Origin: Antedon mediterranea
Lineage: Eukaryota > Animalia > Echinodermata
NCBI RefSeq assembly: GCF_964355755.1
Contig: NC_092680.1
Span: forward strand, 21,151,045-21,215,044
Direction: 5' to 3'
Length of the DNA stretch: 64,000 nt
Below, piece after piece: positions 13,901-26,879 of the stretch. Below the pieces are notes generated by a model. The model was not told where the DNA came from and did no database searches. It saw only the letters and a list, made by a program, of their open reading frames with translations. Positions within the stretch are counted from its first letter, which is position 1; every line of letters begins with the position of its first letter. The translations under genes and the position numbers were made by a program.

Positions 13901-14764
13901 AAACGGTTTTATTGACAACAAATAATTGCTTACATATATCTCCATCTTGCGATATAAGCCATAGTTGAGTAGTAGATTGTGTGTCATGCGTATACGATGA
14001 GGTTTCATTGGATGACCTTGGCCATAATAGTAATTCCCAATGTCACCTGTTTCAAACAAGAAAAGAGTAACATAAAATTAACAAATAAATTAAAAAAAAT
14101 AAACAATTATTTATATCATTAAAACTATAATGCCTAGGCCTAGTATTAATGATCAGCATCATAGTTCGTACTCATCCGATGATTTTATATTTACTCATGA
14201 AATCATCAAATTGTAAATAGAATAGGAAAAAACTATTTATAAATAAAATAAATTGATGGAGTTTGATAATGTTAATTGTTATATCGAAAATTCAATATGA
14301 ATGATGCATGGATGGAGGTATAACAATTGTTTAGGCCTATACCTCCATGAATGATGATTGAGAAAATGGTTTTTTTTAAGAACCACAATAGGAAATCTCA
14401 CTAACAGTGTTGCTACAAAAATGCAATCAAAGTTATATGTAACAATGAAATGCTTGTTTTACATAACTTGTTACTACTCAGAGTCGTTAGGCCTCATTAG
14501 GTCGGACGATACCCCGCTACCACGCCGGTACGACAGGCCCCGGGTAATATGCGGATCTACATCGCGACAGGACGCTCATGAAAGAAACATGATTTCTCTG
14601 CCTAGGATTCGCTTCGAATTCAAGCAAATGTTGTTGCAATTTATTCCATTGCAACATTTCAAACATACTAATAATTACATACTTTTTATATTATTAAATA
14701 ATATTTGTAATTACTTACCATCGTAATAGTAACAAACACGTTTTTTACCGGCAGTTGAAGACAT
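7972..14764 (-). CDS. HDAC1: Histone deacetylase 1/2 (class I, Rpd3-type), 12 coding exons, ~535 aa
   Basis: Exons, all GT-AG and phase-consistent: 14719-14764, 13934-14046, 13349-13466, 12658-12871, 12200-12341, 11753-11845, 11117-11225, 10308-10557, 9890-10140, 9414-9507, 8897-8958, 7972-8087 (1608 nt). Motifs [98 protein letters not shown]. Confidence 0.97.
8188..8692. mobile_element. MITE family A copy with internally expanded 32-bp and 21-bp tandem arrays (HDAC1 last intron)
   Basis: Both TIRs present. About 11 x CATGATGATTTCATATGACTACCATATATGGA, then about 3 x ATATCACTACCATATTTGGGC. Confidence 0.8.
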
Positions 14765-14960
14765 CTTTGAATTTAATTTTGAAGAACCGCTATCAGACAA
14801 TGAAAATGGAACAGTCCATGGCCCTCAAATATGCAAATTAGAAAGATAGCCTCTCTCTTTTACTTTTTTATAATTAGGGTTATAATTTAAACGGGAGAGG
14901 GCGACATTACAAATAATCTATTCATCAGGGACCAATTTTTATTAGGAAAAGTAATGGCGA
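14765..14960 (-). promoter_or_regulatory. Putative HDAC1 5'UTR and core promoter
   Basis: Immediately upstream of ATG 14764 in CpG-retaining DNA. Perfect octamer ATGCAAAT at 14831-14838. TSS cannot be determined. Confidence 0.4.
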
Positions 14961-15894
14961 GTATCAGTATATTTATTAAAAAAATATCACTGCATGTAAT
15001 TACCCGAATATTATTAAAACGTAAATGAGGACAATAGGATGTCGTGGATTTTGGTGAGGAGCCACGTTAAGTTTATACCGACAATAATAATAACCATAAT
15101 ATTGTTAGAGTGATCCCGATCGAGTGGTCGTGGTCGTAAAATAAGCCCTAATATACAAACAGTCGTTGTTTTGTAATAAAAATGTTCGAGAACTTTGATG
15201 ATTTGTGTTGATAATAGTCGGTCACTAGCATGATAATTGTCATTAATAGTATGTTTCTACAGCAAGGCATTTCGTTAAAAACGACGACAAAATGAACCGA
15301 CATGTATAATTACGTAATTTGTAATATTTATTTTAAATAAATTCTACCGTGAATTCCCTAACTAGATTTACATAACTTTAAAACACACACACATAATTCT
15401 TAAATTATATATACATAATTAATAGACTATAACCAAGAATTACAATTAATCTAATGAAAATATAAATAAGTTCCCATAATTTACTTATTTTAATGATTTG
15501 CTTTATATTGGGATCGGAGTGGACCGTAAAACTGTGTTGGTATCCTTCTGCTATGGGCCTAACTATAACTATGAAATAACAACTATTTGTAGTATAGTAT
15601 GAATTTCAAAAACATTCAAAGGCCTCATCAATCGCATGCAATTAACCAGCAATTATGTATTATTATTTGGGAAAATCAATAAACAAACAACAAACCACCG
15701 GATTTGTTCTATAGAGGCATAGTTTTATGTCAATTAATCGAGTCTTAACCTAACAAAATCTAAATCTCACACACATTGCTAGGCTTATAATTAGCGCAGA
15801 AAATAAGTTACAAAAGCCGTGGCATTACACAGAAGTTATTTAGTCAGCCTCGTCCTCATGCTTTGCGATATTGCGTTCCTGACGACTGTTTTCG

Positions 15895-18800
15895 TCATAC
15901 TGTGGTATGTAGAGAAGCTTGGTGTTTGGCAAGAAATTCAGCTATTATGTCATATCCTGCTTCTCTGGCAAGTTCATCGGCCTTTACTCCTTCCTAATAA
16001 AACAAAATACAGTATTACAATGTGATCGGTCGATCGGTTTTTCCGTATAAAGATGTGCGTTGCGCGTAAGTAAGCGTCATTACGCGTCAGTAAGCGTCAC
16101 TAAATTATAATTACCTTGTTCTTTAAGTTGACATCGGCATCTTCAGATACAAGTTCTTTTACAACTTTTAAATGACCAAATAAGGCAGCAGCGTGCAGCG
16201 CACTTTCACCGTTCTTAAAATATAAACAAAAATAAAGTATAATATTAATTAGTGAATTTTCCAAATTTGGGTTTTTATAAGAAATTTACATTGTAGCTTG
16301 TCTGCAGACACGAGCTTGTTTGAAGTGGAAAATGGATTATAACGATATAATATAGGCCTAATATACTTAAACTTGTATCTCGATGACAGTTAAGATACAT
16401 ATATGATATAGCTGCAGAATCGAGTGATTCTCACTCAATTTTAATGTTTAATTTTTAAGCATCATGATGATATGATTTGATGACTCACTTCAAGTAAGCC
16501 AAGAGAGGCTCCATTACGAACCAGTTCTGTGACGCATTCTATGTGTCCTTTGTGTGAGGCTTTAAATAGAGGCGTAGCACCATCCTGCAAATACAAAAAG
16601 GTCAAGACGTACCAAACTGCTAGGCCTACCGTTTCGACAACGCCGTCGTGTGAACGCATCGCGTCAATAAAGCGTGGTTCCCACTAGCGACGCAACACAA
16701 GGACGTAACGCAACGCAAGTGAAGTGACCAATCACAAGCGATGGCTTATTCGCTTGTGATTGCTAACTGTCTATAACTTCGCTTGTCATTGGTTAAAACG
16801 CTTGCGTTGCGTTTACGTCCTTGCGTTACGTTCTAGTGGGAACCAAGCTTAAGATGGAAGACTATAAAACAGACGCATCGCGTCTTACGGTAGTACATGT
16901 GCTTAGTGTATCTCAATAATTGTTTTATCAAAAAAGATCTCGAAGAAAAGGATAATCTCCTGAAATAATAACATTTTTTATACTGTGTACTATAATGTTT
17001 CTCTATTCGTGTGTGTGTTCATAGTCCAGTTACTATGGTAACATCATTTCCCCTTAGGGACTGGACTATCAGTACTGTGAAAGACCATGCTACTGTCAAA
17101 CTTTAAAAAACACATTATAGAATGTATTACATTTAAATTTACCTGTCTAGCAATATCAACCTCCGCTCCTGCAGAAAGTAGTTCTTGTATAATATCAGCG
17201 TGACCTAACTGCGCAGCAATCCAAAGTGGAGTCGCTTTATCCTGTTGAATATACAAACATTATTCATTTGTAATCGTAAAACTGCTAAAGAAAAGTTAAG
17301 ACGATTTCTCATCAACAATAGAACAATATTATTAAGCTGACGTCATGATGATCAGATAGTGACGTTTATAATTGAGAGATAATTTAAGACGACTATTGCG
17401 AAAATATAATACAAAAAATAAAGACGAAGACGAGAATAATTATGATTGGTTGATTATAGCGCGCCAAGCTGTCATTTATTTGCATAATATAAATATATAA
17501 TATAAAGACAGGCCTATCTATATTTAAAACTAAGATATATCTATTGCTTTAATAAATGAAAGCTTGACGCGCCATACTTGATGGTGAGAGTTTGACTATA
17601 AATTAGTTTGATTACAGATTGCACTTAAGTACTCACGTGACGAGGATGGTTGACGTTAGCCCCTTTACTTATTAAATACTTTAGTAAGTTGTAGTGTCCA
17701 TTCTGGGCCGAGATGAATAACGGTGTAGCTCCATCCTGTGGAAGAAGATGAATGTAAGAATGTATAAAGTCTATAATAAAAGCTTTAAAAACTTTATAAT
17801 CTTGGCATCAATAAAGGAATATATCATACTAAATTATTTAAATTATTTTGAAAGGTTTCGTCAAACAGGTTGATAACCTTTTACACGACGGATAATGCTA
17901 AATATTAATCGCAACGATTATATCGTTAATGAACCTACTTCGTTTAGAGACAGAAAATGTACTCATTGGAAAAGTGTTTCTCCTCCTCTGTTAAAACGAA
18001 AGGACAGGTGATTTAATAATTCAAACATCCTGCTGCTGTAACCAAGGCAACGAAACTAATAATAGTTTTATTAATGTTCACAGTCCGCAAACATTCCGCC
18101 CATAGGCTACTGTTAGACGTCACTTTGATATATGTGAATTTAGGTGACGCTGCCAAAGTTTACACTTTAAATACAAATATAGACGTGACTCGCACACAAT
18201 CGAGTTAAATATTTAACGATTGCCGCACTGCATGCTGGGCAAAATAAAGAGAAGGGAAGAGTGAGATTAAAGTGTAAGTTCACTCTTCCATGGAAAAAAT
18301 AAATTAAAAGAATAGTTATATCATTGAAAAGGATGGACCGGGCTGGGCTCTAAATTTCGGCAAATGCAAAGCAAACGATCATTAGGTCAGCACAGGGGCC
18401 CTGTGGGGTTTACAATTGTTAGGCAATGCCTAATTCCAGGATCCGTAGAATCAAATGTATTGTGTAATTGAAGATTAATGAATGAACATGAGTATTATAT
18501 ATTATCTAAAACTCTGTCTACACTATCAAACGTTATGTGATGTGCCAATATATGGACATGATGTACATACACATCACACTTTTTTTTGTCAAACTAGTTT
18601 GATAGTCTAGGCAGAGCTTAACATAAACCTTACTAAAATCTGTCTCTATATGGACATGATGTCATATCACTACCATATTTTGGCACATCACACTTTTTTT
18701 GTCAAACTAGTTTGATTTGCAGACAGACCTCAACGTTAAATGTCACTGAAATATGTCTCTTTCTTTCATGAATTTGTTAAGGCCATTTTATGAGACAATC

Positions 18801-21800
18801 CCATCGACTGAACCAAACCTACCTTCATAATTCTGTGAAGGTCTGCTCCACGTTCGATAAGCTCTTGTACAACATTGAGTTTATTACACTGGCAGGCGAC
18901 AAACAGTGGTGTACCGCCATCCTATGAAAACCAAATAATATTTATAAAATATTTATTTGTTTAGCACAGTCCATTCATTTCGTTGTTGTATAATAATTAA
19001 TTATACCAATCTTAAATTCAGTTATGATGATCTAACTATTGTCTATAATAGATGAAAAACGAAGAAAATTAAGTTATACGTTTGTACACCGGTGGTTTGT
19101 AGGCCTACTTTCCAAATATATATAGGCCTAATCATTGGCGTTCGTGCTGAGAAGTGAAGCCAGAAACTAACGAATTGAATAACTTGTCATAACCTATATG
19201 ATGACAGCCTACATTTGTCAAAACATGTGCAAGATTCAGCATATTATTCTATGAACATGAATCAATCGCTGGAACTTTGACCTAATAAAGCCACACATCG
19301 TGGAATTATCCCGAGGCTGCGTTAATGACAGCGATCTACTTAAGGCGATGTGATAAACTACGAACAGGATTACGAATTAGCTGTCGACGTCGTATAACAT
19401 TGAATACAAAATAATTATACTTAAAAATATTAGAAATCTTCTAAAAATCTCCCAATTATATTTTCTTTAATTTCTCTATTTCCCCAATTTTTTATTTTTG
19501 TTTGCATATATTTCATAATAAAACAAATAATTCATTTCTCTTTCTCTCTGTCTTTCATTGTTGTGCAGGGATAGTCTGTTTGTCTCACCCTGTGCTAAAC
19601 ATTTATTCGTCCTCTCTATTATACTATATCTGTGTAGATTTAACATATATTAGTCTATAATTAAACCATCAAAGTTATGAAAACTTACTTGACTGGGTAG
19701 ATCCACGTGTGATCCGTTCTCAATTAGCGTTCTTATTGTATCCAGGTACCCACCTTGTGCGGCAAAGAACAACGCGTATGTCCCCGTCTAAAGAAAAGTA
19801 AAGTAATAGAATTAAATAGGCATATGAAGAAAATAAACGTTGAATGAATGAATGATGAACGAACGTACGCACGAACGAACAAAGAACGAACGAACGAACG
19901 AATGAATGAATGGACGAATGAATGAATTAATAAAAAAATGAATAAACGAAAGAATGAACGAACGACGAACGAATAATACATGAATGAATGAATGAATGAA
20001 CGAACGAACGAACGAATAAATGGATGGAAGGTTGGATTGGTGGATGCCTAAATCTTTAATTACGCATTATTTTGCAAGCTGTTGTTAAAAGTGAATGCCG
20101 TCTAACGCAATTAGGTCATCACTGACGCAACTTACGTCGTAAAATAACGCATGTGTCAACATTGAGAGAGCAGTGATAACATCATAAACACATTTTGTCA
20201 TTAACTTGAAGATGAAACTATTCAGTAAGTTGCTATCTTGTTGATATTAAGTAAACAAAATATCGGTTTGTGTCTCAATGTGTTATTTCTCGTTACGCAT
20301 TCAGACACTTAAAATAGATACTTAGTATAGTTCTTGAGTAGGGAATCAGTCGGTCAGAAAATCATTGTTTAATTGAAAGTCTTCAACTTTTTTGTTGACT
20401 CAACGTGGACTTAAAACTGATCGTCGATGCGTTGCGTATAGGAACCACGCTTTATTGTTGTAATGTAAATTTGCTACAATTTTTGGTCGATAATACCGGT
20501 TATTTATACCTACTGTAGTAGTTTCCAAAAGGGGTGTTTTTAGGTGTATAGCAAATAATCTCTTATAATAACCAAGTGATCTCTAGGCCCAGTAGGCAGA
20601 CCCAAATAATGTCATCGTGATATAAATGCTGTATTCTTACTGTTCTTTGTCGATTTGGGTCTGCTCCTTGTTTCAGCAACTCCTTCACGCATTCCACTCG
20701 ATTATTAGCTGAAGCGAGAATCAATGGCGTCGTTCCTTCCTAAATGCGAGGAAATAAAAAGAAAAATGAGCTGGGCCTGAAATACTATTTGCTCTATCGT
20801 TACAGCAGCGCTCGAAGCTTCACGTAAAGCTCTGTCTACACTAAGTGTGATGTGCTCAAATATGGTAGTGACATGCCTAAATATGTCAGTGACATGCCTA
20901 AATGTGGTAGTGATATGACATCATTATGTCTATATATGGGTACATCACATTTTTTGTCACAACAAGTTTGATAGTGTTATATTTTATTAGTGTAAGTTTT
21001 TATTTTACGCTGTGGAAAGTTTGCAGCACCACTGTAGATTTTTATGACAAAGGTGTTTTTAGCAAGTGAAACGAAAATACATAATATGAACATGTAACCT
21101 CATCTATTAAAGACTGACCGCTCAATATTGAAGCTGTTTGATATTTTCCCAAGAGTATAATAACATGGTTTATAGCTAATCAATCACTCTCGTGTTACGG
21201 GATAAAGTATACCTAACTGTAGCAGCCAGAAACCTAGGCCCTAACGAGCGCATCATTTATTTTTATGCAGAGAAGCATAATTGCAGGCGTTGACAAACAA
21301 GAAGTATCACTGCGCTAAAAAGTGTGAAATATTTCACTTTGCGAATGTCACATTAGTATACTCAACTATCACGTGACAAACGGTGACAAGGAATGATCAA
21401 AAGTGATTTTAAGAATGTTACGTGAAAACAACGGATCGGATACAGCTGGGTTTAAGATGCAACAAAAAGTACGCGCAACAAAGAGTACGCGCAACAAAAG
21501 GTACGCGCAACATTGACCAATTACAACAGTTTGGATGATATCCTATGATTGGTCAAAATATTTGCGTCATTGCACTATGCCTCGAAGTGAGAGATTCATG
21601 CCTTTTACGTAACGTTAAATCTTGAGCCATAGTTTTGTGAAGGCAAATCACCTATTCGATACTATATGGTAATTGGTTCATGGCACATTAAACCGACAGC
21701 TTGAGGTCTCATCCTAAAGATGAGACAATGATAACATTGCTTTACTATAATCATTATTGTAAGTTGTTCATTATGATCTTGACCTTGTATTGTGTCAACT

Positions 21801-23989
21801 CACTCATCATCAAACTACGAAAATCGAACGCTTTTCACAGCTTTGACGCGTATAATCGTTACCTGACGCAGCAACGCGTTGCAGCACAGATTAGGAAAAT
21901 CATGCTCCATTTGTTTTATGCATACAAACTATTACTCTGTTAAAATGCTATTATTTTCCTGTATGAATTGGTTTATGATCTCATATTGCCTTCACAAACG
22001 CTCAGTGTACGTTAATGCATACATTAACTTTGATAGTAACATTCTCTACGACTATTATTTTAGTAGAGGCTAGTTTGTTTTATGTGTCAGAATTACGTCA
22101 CATAGGTTTTCATAAATTCTTTGTATTAACGTACCTCTATCAACATAACTTAAACACTGTGATAACATAGGCCTACTGTACTGCCGCGTGTTAGGATGTG
22201 ATAATTTGTGTCAAGTTCTTCAGACATCGGCTACACCGTAGGCGTAATGGAATCATATAACTGTGCATTTATTTTGGTATTTGAATGAACTGTCCTACAT
22301 AGATTTCAAACTAATATCTCTAGCACCAAACATGGTATTAGTACATTATTATTAAGCCTATTATCAAAAGGTAATATTAGCGGTTATGACACGCCGAATT
22401 CGTCACAGATATTGCGTCGGGGTATGTCGTTCCAAATACACCGATAACGCAAACTAATGATGGGAGCCCAGCATCGCACGAATTCAACGACGCACAAATG
22501 CGTCATCATATACTACAGAAGTGTCACGGAGATCGTCTAAAGTCATATCTTGTGCCTACGTCGTACGCAGTACGCGCTACTCACCTTGTCACAGCAATCA
22601 ACATGAACGCGTCCAGCCTCAAATACTGCGCGTAGTTGTTGTAGATCGCCTTTGATCGCCGCTTCGTGTAACTGCTGGTCCCAAGGAGATTCTTTCTGAA
22701 TCGTAAAAAAAGTGTAATGGAGATTATATGTTACAATTTCATAAAACGTAATATGTCACAGACGTTGTCATAGTTCTTTTACGTCGTCGTGACGGTTGAT
22801 TAAATACACGGTCGTCATTAACCAGTTCTTTCAACAAGGGCACAATTAAAGCACCTTGTACGTACCTCAGCTGTGCGCTAAATTTATAAAAAATAGATAG
22901 TAATTCGCCCATCAATTTCACCATTAATAACCGGCCTATATGGCCATTTACATGACGTACTTCATCGATTTGACAGATGCTGTGCTATATAGCCGGCAGC
23001 GGTGTTATGTGACAGAACTGTTTATGTCATAAATGTTACACAGTACGAGCACCATTGCAATAAGGTATTGTTCCAATCCAAGCGTCAATTTAGTGTCTTA
23101 ATTAGGGAGACGTTATATCATTTTCACAATCTTCTTCAGTACGGAATGACTTTTGATTACATGCTCTGTTTTGAGCTTTCAAGCGCGTGGTATTTAAGTC
23201 GGGCCTACATCATTGTAGCCCCTTGTTATTATAATAATAACTATGATCAAAATGTAGAATAATTGTGAGAAAAGGGTTACGGTAAAATTAAGGATATGTA
23301 TGTTTATATTATTATTTTAAAAGGGTCAAAGTATATCATAGTTTGTTGACATACGGGTTATTATGCACAGTTTCGGTATTGAATTGGTTGAGTATAATAT
23401 TATGCAGTTGTCCATTGTTTAGAAAAGATCGTTGTTGAATTTCGCGAGAATATTCTAAAGTTATAAGTTTCATTAGGTTTAAAGTATACAATTCTGTACG
23501 TTAAACCATGAATACGTGTCATGTTTCGACTTATCACACAACAGAGAAAAGTGTTAAGCTTTAATAAATGGCTTTTTATGTTTGTATAGGTCTAGTAGGC
23601 ATAATATATTTTTAAGGTGGGTAATGTTTCCTTGCGAATGGGTAACGTCAGTACTATTGCGGCTGATTTCGTCTCGTCATAAAACAAACACAATTATTGT
23701 ATAAAAACAACGTGCAAATATCCAAATAAGAGAAAGGTTCAAAGGGGTGAATGAGCAAAGATAATAATTATTATTTAAACATAGGTAGGATATACCACAA
23801 AATAGTGCAACTATCTGAGGTAACACTAAACATTGCACGTAATACACGCACTCACATCGCCACCCATTCGTACTATCAAAATATTAGTTGATAACTATGA
23901 AAACAGAAATAAACCACATTAAAATAAAATGTCGATACACTAACAGAAATAATTATCTCATGCCAAATTAGACTTACCTTTGAAGACAT
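15895..23989 (-). CDS. ANKRD29: Ankyrin repeat domain-containing protein 29-like, 10 coding exons, ~303 aa
   Basis: Exons: 23978-23989, 22585-22695, 20641-20739, 19689-19787, 18823-18921, 17637-17735, 17143-17241, 16489-16584, 16115-16213, 15895-15993 (912 nt, all phase 0). MSSK|KESPWDQQLHEAAIKGDLQQLRAVFEAGRVHVDCCDK|EGTTPLILAS... matches ANKRD29 (SFKKETP...GRVDVDCRD), including the shortened 32-aa repeat ending SLGLLE|NGESALHAA. Confidence 0.88.
16671..16849. mobile_element. MITE family B, intact 179-bp copy with TAA TSD (ANKRD29 intron 7)
   Basis: TAA|AGCGTGGTTCCCACTAG...CTAGTGGGAACCAAGCT|TAA. Confidence 0.88.
19841..20030. repeat. (GAAT)n/(GAAC)n compound microsatellite
   Basis: Directly visible. 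Confidence 0.85.
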
Positions 23990-26879
23990 TCTTTCGGGGA
24001 GATCTTAGGCCGGCAAGAACTCAAGCTGTTTCTTCATCCAACACACTATATTGTTGACCCGATACTACTACTCCGTTAGTTTAATGTCTGGTCTTTAAAA
24101 TCAAAGATCGGCATGTTATTTTACTCAGTATAGCAATCACGTACTTCTGTGTTACGATACAATATGAAGAAATACGACGTACGACTCATTTGCAAATAAT
24201 GATTTATGATAACAAGCAGTATTATATGCTAGATCACAGCACAAAACGATAGATAACAATTCGGCGATATAATAATAGGTCGTCGGTCCTATGGTAGATG
24301 ATGCCGCTTCTTGTTGGCCTACGTTTGCAATGCGGCTTCGTTTTAATTATCAATCATGCTGTTATCTCAAGTCAATTTAGTTTCTAATTAAGATTGTACT
24401 CATTATAATCCGGCTGGCGGGAATCTAATTTAAGATGCGCTAGAGTAGTTCGATTGCGAACCTACCTTAGTTCACCGCATAATCATATGAATGTATTCAT
24501 TATTATTCTGGTTCCCGAGCTGCAATATGGATTAGAGATTGTATTGTGCTGCTATAGAGGGCGATATTTCTTAATTTGGTTGTTGGTGAAATAAAGAAAT
24601 TAAATGAAATCGAGTATCTTATGGTCAATGCGCATTATTTTCCACGCCTTGATGGGGTGTTCTTAAAATTGAGGGCGCCTAACATAACATTTACGAGATG
24701 GAATAAAGGTGGCGTAAGCCAAAAAAAAAAAAGATTTCAAATGTGCTCTCCCTGCCTCAGCCCTGCCACAGCCTTTTGGGGTCGTTTCCAGCACATCACC
24801 AGATGCATTGATGTCATTGCCTCATGTGGTGAAAGGAGGACGTATAATTTTGTGAACCCCAAACACAGTTGGTCGCATACCTTTAACTCTATTCCACCCA
24901 CCAGCGTGGGAATCGAACCCACGACATTCGTGTTCCTAACACGACGCTCAGTCGCCTGAGCTAACCGGTCATCTTGGTTTTAACTAGGTTAATATACATA
25001 TTTATAACGTAATCGTAATGATGACGCGGCTGTTTCATAGCGACATAAAGTAGTGAGCCCTCTGTCGCTAAAACTGAAATATTTTCCAAATTGAGGGCGC
25101 TATACAAACGCGGAAACGATTTGTTTTTATTTAGCGAAAATAATTACATGTATGTACATAATCAACGAATCAGAAGCCTTATGGTTGTTGAAATCGGTAA
25201 GATTTCTTATGAATATTCATTAGGAATGTTCTGCTTGTTGTAGGAATCGATTTTGAGACATGAGGCTTAAATACTTTGGTCGTGGATGAGTAGTTGAAAT
25301 AATGAGATATTTTAATAGTTTTTTTGTTGTTTTTTGTTACGGCAAAAATTGCACCACGTGTCTGTTGAATTTTAAAAAAACCAAAAATAAACATTTTTGG
25401 GTACATAAATCACTCAGATGATGTATTAAAAAAAATCATGAGTCTCCTCTCCTTAATTGCAACACAAAAAACGATCTGACCATTCCCAAAAATTATGCTT
25501 TTAATAGAAACTGTAATAACAATAGAGTAAGAAGTATGATCTAGATTATATTGTTTACAAGGGGAAGTGTTCTCTCTCGGTTTAGGTGAACTGAATGCTT
25601 AAAAACATTGACGCGCGCTGTCATTTCGAAGTAATGATTATTGTTTAAACGTTTGTAATAGCATGCCTAACAATGATTCGCGCTGTTATATCCTTGAATT
25701 GAATGAATATGGTATTTGAAAATAAATAATATGTGCAGTTTAAATATGTATTTTTTTTATCTCTCTGTCTTGCATTTTGTATGATCCCGGTATTTTGACA
25801 CGCATTGTGATTGTAAGACGACGCTGTTCTCTCTTTGGTTGTAAACTGAAAACATGACGCACGCTGTCATTAGGCGTCGAAGTAAAGATTTTGGGTTTAT
25901 TTTCTAAAGAATTATCGAACGAATGCTAGATGACCATGTTGAATGATTTTACAATAAGACACGCACTGTCCTTGGTGCGGGGGTCTTGAAGAATAGGTTT
26001 GTCATAAAAAGTTTACGGTCATTTCATACATCGAACGAATGCAATTGTCTTAAACGGCAAGTTAGGTATTATACCGCGCCTATATGATGCGCGCCTTTGC
26101 CAGCTGTATCGGTATTGAAGATGTTTGACATCGTCAACGTTTGCCATCGTATGGACCTTGGTATCAAGTCTAAATCAATACGAATGCTATTGTGTTAAAC
26201 GGCAAGTTAGATATTATACCGCGCGCGCCTATATGCGCACCTTTGCCACTCGGTATTGAAGATGTTTGACATCGTCATAAATTACCATTTCATAACTTAA
26301 TATACAGTAACATCTACATGAACATTCTAGAATGTGTTTAGATTTTAAGAAACCATGTATAATTATTATAAGAACAATCAGAAACATTCCAAAAGTATGC
26401 TTAGAAATTGTAATACCAATAGAGTAAGAAGTATCATCTAGAAGATTACGAACATATCGTATACATGAATTACGTAATACACGTGTAAATATACTATTAT
26501 CGGCTGTTCAGTCATGTAATTAGTGGCGTAACGACCCGCGTAACAACGACGGGACGTAATTCTCAGTTTTGAGTGCTCTCAGCTCTAGATTGGGTTCGAA
26601 CCTTAACGAATTTTTTTTTTCTTGTAATGGAAAATAAATATTGTTTTTTTTATTTTGAAAGAGAGATATTTAGAGGGTTAAGTTAATTAGAAAGAGCCTT
26701 TGCCTTTTTTGCGTTCCCTTGATGATGCGTGACGCTTTCAGAAGAATTGTAAACGGATTGTAACGGCTTGTCAATAATATTATGGAAAACGCCACCATTG
26801 TCTTTACTAAAATGTAAACAGTTAGCAGTGGATTAGAGGACGAGCAAGCCAGGCTAGACCCCTAGAAAACAACTTCAAA
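23990..26879. promoter_or_regulatory. Divergent ANKRD29/EFR3 intergenic promoter region
   Basis: Start codons face away from each other ~2.9 kb apart. CpG-retaining sequence. Confidence 0.45.
24721..24970 (-). ncRNA. tRNA-Ile-like-headed Pol III unit or SINE-like element, copy 1
   Basis: Head 24899-24970 GACCGGTTAGCTCAGGCGACTGAGCGTCGTGTTAGGAACACGAATGTCGTGGGTTCGATTCCCACGCTGGTG with A/B boxes and cloverleaf, ~165-nt body, T12 terminator. Homologous to 58268-58508. Confidence 0.6.

Noticed and set aside
24550-24565. CTCF-like AGAGGGCG motifs (also near 14896, 25055, 27575)
   Set aside because: Partial matches only, not distinguishable from chance without a PWM scan or ChIP data.
24899-24970. 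Functional tRNA-Pro(AGG), or tRNA-Val(AAC) at 58268-58339
   Set aside because: The body is Ile-like, the D-loop is atypical, position 1:72 is unpaired, and there is no terminator directly after the cloverleaf. Treated as a tRNA-derived head.
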